NCBI GenBank assembly: GCA_018816885.1
Contig: JAHIUS010000001.1
Coordinates: 8,028 to 72,027, forward strand
Direction of reading: 5' to 3'
DNA length: 64,000 nt
DNA from: Patescibacteria group bacterium
GTDB lineage: Bacteria > Patescibacteriota > Gracilibacteria > UBA1369 > UBA12470
The translations under genes were made by a program, and so were the position numbers. Under the pieces are notes generated by a model. It saw only the letters and a list, made by a program, of their open reading frames with translations, ran no database searches and had not been told where the DNA came from. This document shows positions 41,760 to 50,315 of this stretch, piece after piece; the first letter of the stretch is position 1; each line of letters opens with the position of its first letter.

Positions 41760-41860
41760 TATGTAGTGAAGTAGTGCGTGGGATTGTATTTTAAGTAAAA
41801 TTGGGAAATGGGAAAATCCCCAAAAAATAATATTGAGGCTGGAGAGTTTTTAGTTGTTGA

Positions 41861-42868
41861 TTAGGCTTCCGCTTGTCCAATATACGCAGCCAATTCAACG
41901 AGTCTCACCGAATATCCCCATTCGTTGTCGTACCAGGCGAGGACTTTTAGCATATTGCCATCTATCATCATGGTTGAAGGAGCGTCGATAATTGAGGAAA
42001 AATTGCTTTTGATGTAGTCGCTTGAGACGCAAGGTTCTTCGCAGTATTCCAAGATTCCTTTTAGTTCGCCTTGTGCGGCTTCTTTGAAGGCTTTGTTTAC
42101 TTCTTCTTCTGTTGTTTCAGTGCTTAGTTCGCAGACCAGGTCGACGATGGAGACTGTTGGGGTTGGGACTCTTATGGACATTCCGTTAAATTTGCCTTCG
42201 AGTTCCGGGATTACCATTCCGATTGCTTTTGCGGCTCCTGTTGTTGTTGGGATTAGGTTCAAAGCTCCCGCTCTAGCGCGGCGAGGGTCTTTGTGGGAGC
42301 TGTCGATTATATTTTGGTCGTTTGTGTAGGAGTGGATTGTTGTCATTAAACCTTTTACAATGCCGAATTTGTCGTTTAGGACTTTGGCGACGGGGGCGAG
42401 GCAGTTTGTTGTGCAGGATGCGTTTGAGATCAGTTTGTCGGTTTCCGGGTTAAAAGTTTTTTCGTTTACGCCAAGGACAATTGTTCGGTCCAGATCTTTA
42501 CCGGGTGCGCTGATTAGGACTCTTTTTGCTCCGGCCTTGAGGTGTTTTTCTGCGCCTTCACGGGTGCGGAATACTCCTGTTGATTCGACTGCGATATCTA
42601 TTCCGAGCTGTCCCCACGGGAGGTTTTCGGGTTCTCTGTCTCCGAAGACTTTTAATTCTTTTCCATCGATGATTATTGAATTTCCTGAGATTTGGATATC
42701 GGCTTTGAGTGGGCCGTAAACAGAATCGTATTTGAGCAGGTGTGCGAGTTGGTCGATTGGTGATGGGTCGTTGATGGCTACAACTTCAACCAGGTCTGCC
42801 ATGAGGTTTGCGCGGAAAAAAGCGCGTCCGATTCGTCCGAATCCGTTGATTGCAACTCTGGGTTTCAT
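41861..42868 (-). CDS. gap: Type I glyceraldehyde-3-phosphate dehydrogenase
   Basis: INGFGRIGR, SNASCTTNCLAP, WYDNEWGYS. Confidence 0.99.
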   Translation of the reverse strand: MKPRVAINGFGRIGRAFFRANLMADLVEVVAINDPSPIDQLAHLLKYDSVYGPLKADIQISGNSIIIDGKELKVFGDREPENLPWGQLGIDIAVESTGVFRTREGAEKHLKAGAKRVLISAPGKDLDRTIVLGVNEKTFNPETDKLISNASCTTNCLAPVAKVLNDKFGIVKGLMTTIHSYTNDQNIIDSSHKDPRRARAGALNLIPTTTGAAKAIGMVIPELEGKFNGMSIRVPTPTVSIVDLVCELSTETTEEEVNKAFKEAAQGELKGILEYCEEPCVSSDYIKSNFSSIIDAPSTMMIDGNMLKVLAWYDNEWGYSVRLVELAAYIGQAEA

Positions 42869-42995
42869 TTGGTGAGGGGTTAGGGTCTAGGGTTTAGGGT
42901 AGAGTGGCTAGCGATGGTTATTATAGCGGAAAATTGGGATTTTGAAGGCAGTAAGTCTTGACTATTTTTCAAAACTGTTTTTTAAATATACTGCT

Positions 42996-43487
42996 ATGAA
43001 TTGGAACAAGATTTTAACAATTTTGCAAGAAGGGGGGATTATTACGCATCCAACAGATACGTGTTACGGTCTTGCGTGTGATCCTTTTAATGAAAAGGCT
43101 GCCCGGGAATTGTATGAATTAAAGGGTATGCCGCGGGAAAAACCTTTGACTTGGATGGTGGGTTCGATGGGGGAGGCAATGGCTATCAAGGATTTTTCGC
43201 AGAAAGCTGTTATGTTGGCGAGCGAATGTTGGCCGGGGGATCTTACTTTGGTGATTGATGGGCAGGGGCTCCGTGTTCCGGGGGACGACTTTACTCTTGA
43301 GCTTTTGAAAAGATGGGGAGGGCCGCTTATTACTACGAGTGCTAACTTGAGTGGGGAAGAGGCTCCTTATTCTGCGGATCAGGCTCTTTCTGGAGATTTT
43401 TTGGTGGATTTTGGGAAGATACCGAGAAATAAACCTTCGAGGGTTGTGAGGGTTGAAGGGGATAGGGTGGAGGTGCTGAGGGATTAG
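42996..43487 (+). CDS. tsaC: L-threonylcarbamoyladenylate synthase (Sua5/YrdC domain)
   Basis: PTDTCYGL, K.....KPL, WPG.LTLV, TSANLSG. Confidence 0.9.
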   Translation: MNWNKILTILQEGGIITHPTDTCYGLACDPFNEKAARELYELKGMPREKPLTWMVGSMGEAMAIKDFSQKAVMLASECWPGDLTLVIDGQGLRVPGDDFTLELLKRWGGPLITTSANLSGEEAPYSADQALSGDFLVDFGKIPRNKPSRVVRVEGDRVEVLRD

Positions 43488-43620
43488 TGTGTTGAATGTT
43501 CAATTTTCAATTGCGGTGTTTTGCTTTTGCAAAACGATTTTTTTGGAAATTAAACATTGAAGATTAAACGGTTTTAAAACTACCTCTACCGTCTTTATTG
43601 CAAGATAATGGCGTGAGTTT

Positions 43621-44091
43621 TTAAAGCAACACCTGCAACCCTGAAATCACTCCTGTTACGGCTAATGTGATTAATGTCCCGCTCAGGATTAGGCCGATGG
43701 TTATCAGGCAGAGGGATTTCCAGAATTCTATTCCGAGTAGAAATGCGATTAATGCGCCGGTCCAGGCTCCGCTTCCTGGTAGTGGGACCATTACGAAGAT
43801 TATGAGGAAGATTTCGCCCCAGACTATGAATTTGTGGGCGTGCTTGGAGTGTGTTTTTTTGAAAAGTTTTTCGAAGAAGTTGTCGAACCATTTGGAGTGT
43901 TTGCGGAACAGGTTCGAGATTGGGCCGAGGAGTTTCAGAATGATGATTGCAACCAAAATATTGCCGAGGATTGCCCAGATCCAGGCGTGGTATGGGTCCA
44001 TCCCGAGTACGCCTACCGCATACGGGATTCCTCCTCTAAGTTCTGTTAGAGGGAGCATTGAGAGCAGGAATGTTAGTAGTTCGTTAGGCAT
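43621..44091 (-). CDS. Small multi-drug export family membrane protein (COG2426-like); start corrected to MPNEL
   Basis: LP.TELRGGIP, FV.VPLPGSGAWTG. Confidence 0.88.
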   Translation of the reverse strand: MPNELLTFLLSMLPLTELRGGIPYAVGVLGMDPYHAWIWAILGNILVAIIILKLLGPISNLFRKHSKWFDNFFEKLFKKTHSKHAHKFIVWGEIFLIIFVMVPLPGSGAWTGALIAFLLGIEFWKSLCLITIGLILSGTLITLAVTGVISGLQVLL

Positions 44092-44101
44092 TTTTTTTGT
44101 T

Positions 44102-44241
44102 AGTACCAAGTAATGAGTACCAAGTAATGAGTACCAAGTAATGAGTACCAAGTAATGAGTACCAAGTAATGAGTACCAAGTAATGAGTACCAAGTAATGA
44201 GTACCAAGTAATGAGTACCAAGTAATGAGTACCCAGTACCT
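44102..44241. repeat. Tandem array (AGTACCA AGTAATG)x9 + 2 degenerate heptamers
   Basis: Nine exact 14-bp units at 44102-44227. Confidence 0.98.
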
Positions 44242-44290
44242 GGTGTTTGGTCAAGGTTTTTTTGTGGCTAGTGTGTGATTTGGGCGTGAA

Positions 44291-44306
44291 ATACTATATG
44301 TTGTGT
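44291..44306. promoter_or_regulatory. NrdR-box-like site
   Basis: atactatatgttgtgt vs consensus acaCwAtATaTwGtgt. Confidence 0.55.
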
Positions 44307-44325
44307 GCCGTTGAATCGAGGCCTT

Positions 44326-44517
44326 TGTGTATAAAATTGTTATACAATAAAAATTTTCATGTGCAAGATAATATTCAAGGTTGTTTAACGGGAGTGCAGT
44401 GGTCTTTGATTTTAGATTTTTGATCTTTCATTGTTGACCTGATTTTCTTTCTCGGTTAATTTTGATTCGCGAACTGTGCAAAAAAGTTATACACGGCTTG
44501 TACACAAGTTTTGCACA
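44326..44517. promoter_or_regulatory. Cluster of DnaA-box-like 9-mers in an AT-rich gap
   Basis: tgtgtataa (exact TTATACACA reversed) at 44326; tgtgcaaaa 44475; ttatacacg 44487; ttgtacaca 44498; ttttgcaca 44509. Confidence 0.6.
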
Positions 44518-44534
44518 AAAGAGAACAAAAACAG

Positions 44535-45482
44535 ATGCACATACCGGTACTTAGGAAGGAGATAATCGAACTTTTACAGTTAAAAAAGGGAGACAAGGTA
44601 ATTGATGCAACGCTTGGATTGGGAGGACACAGCGAGGAGATATTGAAGGTGATAGGGAAGAGTGGACATTTGTACGCGTTTGAACAGGATGGGCGTAATC
44701 TGGAAAGAGCTAAGGAAAGGTTAAGAGAGTTTGAGTCACAAGTTACTTATTTCCATACAAATTTCGTTTCTTTGAAAACTTGCCTAGCAGCGGCGGGAAG
44801 CTCCGAAAGAGCGGTCCAGCCGCCAAGTATACGCGTTGATGCGATTTTATTCGATCTTGGGCTTTCTTCTCCTCATGTGGATGACTCTTCTCGCGGATTT
44901 TCTTTTCGAGAGGATGGGCCTCTGGATATGAGGTTTGATTCTAGAGAAGATTTGACTGCTGCCGATATTGTTAACAGGTGGCCGGAACCTGATTTGGTCG
45001 AAATTTTTTCCAAATATGGAGAGGAAAGGGCTTCCAAAAAGGTTGCTGCCGGGATAGTTGCAAGGCGTAAGGAAAAACATTTTGAGACGACTCTGGATTT
45101 GGCGGGTTTTATCAGAGAGTTGAAGCAGAAGTTTCCTTCCAAAAAGGATCACGCAACACAGGTATTTCAAGCACTGAGGATGGCTGTCAATGATGAGGTT
45201 TCTGTTCTGGAGGAGGTTTTGCCCCAAGCTATCGAGGTCCTGAAGCCGGGCGGGAGGCTGGCGGTGATTTCTTACCACTCGATTGAGGATAGGATTGTGA
45301 AAAACATCTTCAGAGATTATTCGAAAGATCTGGATGACCCGAATGAGCCTCTGATTAATAAAGTTATTAGAGAGAAACAGGTTGAAATTATCACAAAAAA
45401 ACCAATTGTTCCGACAGAAGAAGAGATTTCCGAGAATCCAAGAGCCAGAAGCGCAAAACTTCGCATAATAGGCAAGATTTAA
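44535..45482 (+). CDS. rsmH: 16S rRNA m4C1402 methyltransferase
   Basis: HIPVL, DATLGLGGHS, DLGLSS, GPLDMRF, ISYHS.EDR, NPRARSAKLR. Confidence 0.98.
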   Translation: MHIPVLRKEIIELLQLKKGDKVIDATLGLGGHSEEILKVIGKSGHLYAFEQDGRNLERAKERLREFESQVTYFHTNFVSLKTCLAAAGSSERAVQPPSIRVDAILFDLGLSSPHVDDSSRGFSFREDGPLDMRFDSREDLTAADIVNRWPEPDLVEIFSKYGEERASKKVAAGIVARRKEKHFETTLDLAGFIRELKQKFPSKKDHATQVFQALRMAVNDEVSVLEEVLPQAIEVLKPGGRLAVISYHSIEDRIVKNIFRDYSKDLDDPNEPLINKVIREKQVEIITKKPIVPTEEEISENPRARSAKLRIIGKI

Positions 45483-45490
45483 AAAAAATT

Positions 45491-45592
45491 ATGGACATAA
45501 AAATTTTTTCAATAACATTATCACTAATATTCCTCGTTAAAGATCTATTCTACGCAGGTCTGGAGGAGGAAGCAGAAACAACAAATGAGTAA
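45491..45592 (+). CDS. Candidate 33-aa small membrane peptide
   Basis: MDIKIFSITLSLIFLVKDLFYAGLEEEAETTNE*; starts 8 nt after rsmH stop, overlaps next start (ATGAGTAA). Confidence 0.5.
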   Translation: MDIKIFSITLSLIFLVKDLFYAGLEEEAETTNE

Positions 45593-45950
45593 AGTTTTCA
45601 TCCCAAATAGGCGGGCAAGGAGAGGAGTTCGGACTTCTACTCTCAGGATGCAGGTTAATATCGGACTTGTTTCTTTGGTGATGGTGATGCTTGGATTGAT
45701 TACGATTATGGGGCTTGTATCTCTGACTTCGCTGAATGCTCAAGCAACTATGGGTTACGAGATTGAGCGGCTTGAGGCTGAAAGGCAGGAGTTTGTCGAG
45801 GATGGCGAGCTTAATGATATGCTGATTCTTCAGGCGAGGTCACTCGATACGATTATGGAAAGTGATGTTGTTGTCGGGATGGTAAGGGCCGATTCGAGAC
45901 ATATTGCTTATGTTGAGCCGATTGTGACGATTGCGAGTAGCGCGTATTAG
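45585..45950 (+). CDS. FtsL-like cell division protein
   Basis: Basic N-terminus, one TM, GYEI..LE.ER coiled coil, GMV; downstream of rsmH. Confidence 0.7.
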   Translation: MSKVFIPNRRARRGVRTSTLRMQVNIGLVSLVMVMLGLITIMGLVSLTSLNAQATMGYEIERLEAERQEFVEDGELNDMLILQARSLDTIMESDVVVGMVRADSRHIAYVEPIVTIASSAY

Positions 45951-45987
45951 AGGGGTGTAGGATTGTAGTAGTGAAGATTGAAAATTC

Positions 45988-46221
45988 GGGAGCTGGTTGG
46001 ATTGTGAGTGGGTCCGTTGGACTTGGTCACTATCTCATCAGCGCGCAAATCAGGATGAAATCCTAGATTTGCGTCTCAATGGGTTAGGAGGTAAATAGAT
46101 CCCAAAGGATTCCCTTTCCATTCTTGGCCGGAGAGGGGGTCTTTTGGAAGACGGTTTGGATGAATTGTTTCGCAAGCGGATGATGTTTCTCTTTCCTGCT
46201 TTGCAGAAAATTAGAAGCCCC
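45988..46221 (+). ncRNA. Candidate structured non-coding RNA, family unknown
   Basis: Seven successive stem-loops, with G-U wobbles consistent with the plus strand. Confidence 0.5.
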
Positions 46222-46227
46222 TGTGGT

Positions 46228-46277
46228 GTTTTGCTCTGCAAAACGGCTTATTTGTAGTAGGCGCGGTTGCCCGCGCT
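46228..46277. repeat. Hairpin module B
   Basis: gttttgc-tct-gcaaaac ggcttattt gtagt a ggcgcgg-ttgc-ccgcgct. Confidence 0.8.
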
Positions 46278-46337
46278 GATGGTTGCTCAATAATTATTCA
46301 AACCTTAGGTTGAAATGCTTTATTTGGGATCGATTTC

Positions 46338-47183
46338 TTACTGTTCGGTTCCGTCTGTGTTATGCCATGGGCTTTGCCACATCTTGTGTTTTTTCTCGCC
46401 GAGGGATTCTATACGGATTATGTCACTTTCGTTTAAGACAATATCATTTGTTCTTGATTTAGAGGGTTTGTCGTATTCTTTGGCGTCTTGGATGAATAAG
46501 ATTTGCTCTCCTTCTTGCGACCATCCGCCTTTTGCAAATGTTACTCCGAAAATATTGTTTGCGTATGGGGTTACTGTGGTTGTTAGTCCATTTAATCGAT
46601 TTTTACATTTTTCATATCCTGCTTTCGTTATGTACATTGTTGCTCCCGGATTCTTTTTATCTATACATTTTACATCATTGAGTTCCCCCAGTTTTCTTCT
46701 TTCCTGCCATTTTGCGAGCTCGTTTTGGGCGCATATTTCTGAAGCCATGTTGATTACGGCTTTGGCAATTGTTTCATATGAAGTTTGTTTCTCTGAATCG
46801 GGGGCGTATATTTTTTGTATTGCTATCGCTAAAGCTGATCTTGTGTCTTGCATTGCAGCTCCGAACTCGGCTTTTTTAACCTTTTCGTTCCAGTTTCTAG
46901 GTTCTTTTGTTGGGTATGCTGCTTCTCCTGTTTTTTTTATTAAAAAATCCATGTCGCTTTCGACAGCACCTTCTTCTTCAATTTTAATATCGGCAGTGAG
47001 TTCTATTGCTTTTCCGAACTTTTCTCGTATTGTCCTGAGATTGTCGTTTTTGAAAAGTCTTTGTAAAGCTTGATATATAGATTTAGATTCAATTTGAGCC
47101 AGGTTTCCCAAGCTTTTGCCTCCCGGCATTAAAAGACTCTCATCCAATTCTGATGGCATTTGTTGCAGTTCTTCTGTTGTCAT
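46338..47183 (-). CDS. Hypothetical protein
   Basis: 281-aa ORF with A/C-ending codons typical of this strand. Confidence 0.78.
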   Translation of the reverse strand: MTTEELQQMPSELDESLLMPGGKSLGNLAQIESKSIYQALQRLFKNDNLRTIREKFGKAIELTADIKIEEEGAVESDMDFLIKKTGEAAYPTKEPRNWNEKVKKAEFGAAMQDTRSALAIAIQKIYAPDSEKQTSYETIAKAVINMASEICAQNELAKWQERRKLGELNDVKCIDKKNPGATMYITKAGYEKCKNRLNGLTTTVTPYANNIFGVTFAKGGWSQEGEQILFIQDAKEYDKPSKSRTNDIVLNESDIIRIESLGEKKHKMWQSPWHNTDGTEQ

Positions 47184-47201
47184 GTTTAGGTTTGGTTAAA
47201 A

Positions 47202-47405
47202 TTATTTTGCATCTGTTTCAGCGCAGGATTGTTTGAATTTTTCGATCTTTGATGTGATTTCAGCTTCTGTTATTCCCGGTACCAAGTCTCTTATGAGTTC
47301 GGCAATGTCTGCTCGATGCGTGCTTATAAAGGCATTAGTACAGAGTTCCTCGATGGATCTTTCGGCGCGTTGAATTGTTTCTTGAGCTGTTTCTGGTTGT
47401 GGCAT
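47202..47405 (-). CDS. Small hypothetical protein
   Basis: MPQPETAQ..., 67 aa, 18 nt upstream of next ORF. Confidence 0.6.
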   Translation of the reverse strand: MPQPETAQETIQRAERSIEELCTNAFISTHRADIAELIRDLVPGITEAEITSKIEKFKQSCAETDAK

Positions 47406-47541
47406 GGTTATTGTTTTTTTATAAATACAGAAGGCGGTATTGAACCAGATTTTCCTGTCCAAGTCAAATTTTTCTTCTAGCCGAGGGGCGGCTGATGCGG
47501 TATTTTTATGGTCGCAAATAAATTTTTAACCTAAAAACAAA

Positions 47542-48591
47542 ATGAACGACACCACTATTCCTGCAATTGCTAAGTTTTCTAAAGCTAATAATCCGAATGT
47601 TCGCGAGCTTGAAGGCGGATATACGTTGTCGAATTTAAAGGAGCTTCTCTCGAAGGCGAGGAAGGGCGGTTACGGGGTTGTGGCGGTGAATCAGAGGTCT
47701 CCTTACATTATTACTGCGACTCTTGAAGCTGCTTGGCAGAGCAAGTCACCGCTTATTTGCGAGATTGCGGAGAGTGAGGCGGTTTATTGCAATATGGCTC
47801 CTGAGAGGCTTTCTGACCTTCTTCATGAGGGGATTGCTAGGATGCATGAGAAGTACGGTTATTATGTTCCGGTTTGTTTGCATATGGATCATATTCAAAA
47901 AGATCTTGGTACTGTTGATCGTGCTATTGAAGCCGGTTTTTCTTCTGTTGAGTTGGATCTTTCCAAGCTTCCTGTTGAGGAAAATGCCGAGAAATGTGCG
48001 CCAATTGTTGCCAAATGTCATGCTCTTGGGGTCTCTGTTGAGGTTGAGGAGGGTGAAATCGGCGCTGCGGGAGCTCTTGCCGATCCTAATATTGATGCGA
48101 ATATTGAAAGTTACTACACTAAGACTGAGGATGCTCGGAAATTGTGCGAATTGACTCGGCCTGATGCTTTGGCGATTTTTGTTGGAAACGGTCATGGGAA
48201 ATATCTGAAAGAGCCTCGAATCGGTTTTGATCGGATTCGTGAGATTGCTGACAGTGTCGCTGATCTTGGTGTTTATGTTGTTCTTCACGGTGGTAGCGGG
48301 CTTTCTCCTGAGACTTTTAATCGGGCTATTGAAGCCGGAGCTGCAAAGGTCAATTATGCGACTACTGTTTCCGATATTTGGTTCGAGTATTTCCCTGAGG
48401 AATTGCTTGCCGAGATTGATGCGAAAGCTAAGGAGATGGGTAAGCCGAGAAGGAAGGTTCTTGATCTTTTCCAGGATAAAATTGATGCTATTCCTGCTGA
48501 TAAAATGCAGGAAGCGATTGATGATATGAGTGGGCATATTAAGATGATGATGACGGAGGGGTTTAAGAGTGCGGGGAAGGCAAATTTGTAA
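47542..48591 (+). CDS. fba: Class II fructose-bisphosphate aldolase
   Basis: LHMDH, GFSSV..D.S, SVE.E.G.IG, GNGHG.Y, VLHGGSG, KVN. Confidence 0.93.
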   Translation: MNDTTIPAIAKFSKANNPNVRELEGGYTLSNLKELLSKARKGGYGVVAVNQRSPYIITATLEAAWQSKSPLICEIAESEAVYCNMAPERLSDLLHEGIARMHEKYGYYVPVCLHMDHIQKDLGTVDRAIEAGFSSVELDLSKLPVEENAEKCAPIVAKCHALGVSVEVEEGEIGAAGALADPNIDANIESYYTKTEDARKLCELTRPDALAIFVGNGHGKYLKEPRIGFDRIREIADSVADLGVYVVLHGGSGLSPETFNRAIEAGAAKVNYATTVSDIWFEYFPEELLAEIDAKAKEMGKPRRKVLDLFQDKIDAIPADKMQEAIDDMSGHIKMMMTEGFKSAGKANL

Positions 48592-48627
48592 TGTTTAATT
48601 TTCAATTACCAATTTTCAAATGAAATC

Positions 48628-48656
48628 TTGAAATCTGAAGCTTAAAAGGGTACATT
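48628..48656 (+). promoter_or_regulatory. sigma70-like promoter
   Basis: TTGAAA-17 bp-TACATT. Confidence 0.5.
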
Positions 48657-48680
48657 TGTTTCCAAACTTATAATTTAACA

Positions 48681-48830
48681 ATGCCGATCATGTATGAAAT
48701 TCTGGAAGGGTCAAAAGGCGAATGGATTAAATTGGAACCTACTCCGAAATTGGGTGAAGAGGTTGATGCCAAGACGGAAAGTACTGGTGAACAGGTTAAG
48801 CAAGTTGTTTCTGAAGAAGCGGGAAAATAA
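48681..48830 (+). CDS. Candidate 49-aa acidic small protein
   Basis: MPIMYEILEGSKGEWIKLEPTPKLGEEVDAKTESTGEQVKQVVSEEAGK*; promoter upstream, 19 nt before pfk. Confidence 0.6.
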   Translation: MPIMYEILEGSKGEWIKLEPTPKLGEEVDAKTESTGEQVKQVVSEEAGK

Positions 48831-48849
48831 ATTTTAATACTCAAAATCT

Positions 48850-50034
48850 ATGGCAAACAATATGATTATAGGTCAAAGTGGTGGCCCGACTCGCGTAATT
48901 AATCAAAGTCTCATCGCGGCTGTTAAGGAGGCGAAGAAGCATCCTGGAATCGGCAAGATTTTTGGTATGAAGCATGGGATTTTGGGAGCGATGAATGAGG
49001 ACTTTATTGATTTCTCGGAGGTCTCGGATGAGAAGCTCTCGGTTATTGCCGGAACTCCGGGTTCCGCTCTTGGAAGTTGTCGTCATAAGCCTTCTTCTGA
49101 TGACTGCGCGAAGATTTTCGAGGTTTTTAAGAAGAATGAGATCAAGTATTTCTTTTATATTGGAGGGAACGATACGGCTGAGACGGTTCATATTATTAAC
49201 GAAATTGCTGTTTTGAACGGATATGATTTGAAAGCTTTCCATATTCCCAAGACGATTGATAACGATCTGTGTGTTACTGATCATTGTCCGGGTTACGGGA
49301 GTGCTGCTAAGTATGTTGCGGAGTGTTTTTTGGGGAATGAACTTGATAATCGGGCTCTCAAAGGTGTCAAAATTGATATTGTTATGGGTCGAAATGCCGG
49401 GTGGCTGACTGCGGCCAGTGCTTTGGCTCGGTTTGAGAAGGATAGTGGTCCGCATCTTATTTATGTTCCTGAAGTTCCAAAGTCCCTGGATCAGGTTGTT
49501 GCTGAGATTGACGAGGTGGTTTCCAGGTTGGGAAGATGTGTTGTTGCGGTTTCCGAGGGGATTCGGGGTGAGGACGGTGAGCTTTTTGCGAAAAAATTCT
49601 CACAGGAAGTTGACTCTCACGGAAATGTGCAGTTGTCAGGTAGTGGGGCGCTTGGAGATATGCTTGCGAATCATGTTAAATTAAATTCTAAACACGAAGA
49701 TCTGCGGGTCAGGACTGATACTCTCGGTTATGCACAGAGGTCTTATCCTGATACTGTCTCCGAAATTGATACTCAGGAGGCTGCGGGAGTGGGACGTGCG
49801 GCTGTTAAGTTCGCTTTGGGAGATCATCGGTCGGGTTCGGTTTATATTAAGCGTTTGGCTGATGATCCTTACGCTTCCGAGGCGAAGCTTACGCAGCTCA
49901 AGAATGTGGCGAAGGTGACCAAAGAAATGCCGAGAGAGTTCATGAATGAGGCCGGGAATTTCGTTTCTGAGGAGTTTTTGAAGTATGTTAAGCCGATTGT
50001 TGGCGAGATGACGGAGGTTGGGGTGCTTTTTTAG
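48850..50034 (+). CDS. pfp: Phosphofructokinase, probably PPi-dependent
   Basis: QSGGPT.VIN, GGND, PKTIDNDL, MGR.AGWL. Confidence 0.9.
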   Translation: MANNMIIGQSGGPTRVINQSLIAAVKEAKKHPGIGKIFGMKHGILGAMNEDFIDFSEVSDEKLSVIAGTPGSALGSCRHKPSSDDCAKIFEVFKKNEIKYFFYIGGNDTAETVHIINEIAVLNGYDLKAFHIPKTIDNDLCVTDHCPGYGSAAKYVAECFLGNELDNRALKGVKIDIVMGRNAGWLTAASALARFEKDSGPHLIYVPEVPKSLDQVVAEIDEVVSRLGRCVVAVSEGIRGEDGELFAKKFSQEVDSHGNVQLSGSGALGDMLANHVKLNSKHEDLRVRTDTLGYAQRSYPDTVSEIDTQEAAGVGRAAVKFALGDHRSGSVYIKRLADDPYASEAKLTQLKNVAKVTKEMPREFMNEAGNFVSEEFLKYVKPIVGEMTEVGVLF

Positions 50035-50158
50035 ACTGTAGATCAAAGACTCTAGATCAAAGATCAAAGATCAAAGATCAAAGATCAAAGATCAAAGATC
50101 AAAGATCAAAGATCAAAGATCAAAGATTATAGATCAAAGATTATAGATGCTAGATTAT
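50033..50158. repeat. Tandem array (AGATCAA)x10 with degenerate flanking heptamers
   Basis: Exact units at 50054-50123. Confidence 0.97.
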
Positions 50159-50201
50159 GGATTTTGAGGTTGGGGTTTGCGGGATTTTTACAGGTTGACT
50201 G

Positions 50202-50229
50202 TTGACCGCTTCCTAATCTACGCTACACT
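50202..50229 (+). promoter_or_regulatory. sigma70-like promoter for ECF sigma
   Basis: TTGACC-16 bp-TACACT. Confidence 0.55.
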
Positions 50230-50315
50230 TATGTACACTATTTTTACCTACAGCAAGCGTTTCAGTGCGGCGCCAGGCCGGCACAAAAAAACTAACCTGC
50301 CTGAAAGGCACCATT

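Noticed and set aside
44092..44193. N-terminal extension of the membrane protein ORF (VLITWYSLLGTHY repeats)
   Set aside because: It is translation of the 14-bp array; family similarity begins after the ATG at 44091
46030..46180. Hammerhead ribozyme on the minus strand (GAAAC...CTGATGAG)
   Set aside because: No UH cleavage site at the required position and stem I does not abut CUGAUGA; G-U pairs favour the plus strand
45988..46221. tmRNA, RNase P or SRP assignment
   Set aside because: No T-loop/CCA end, no GAGGAAAGUCC with matching P4 strand, no SRP helix-8 motif
46315..47073. 252-aa plus-strand ORF
   Set aside because: Antisense shadow of 46338-47183, which has normal composition and initiation context
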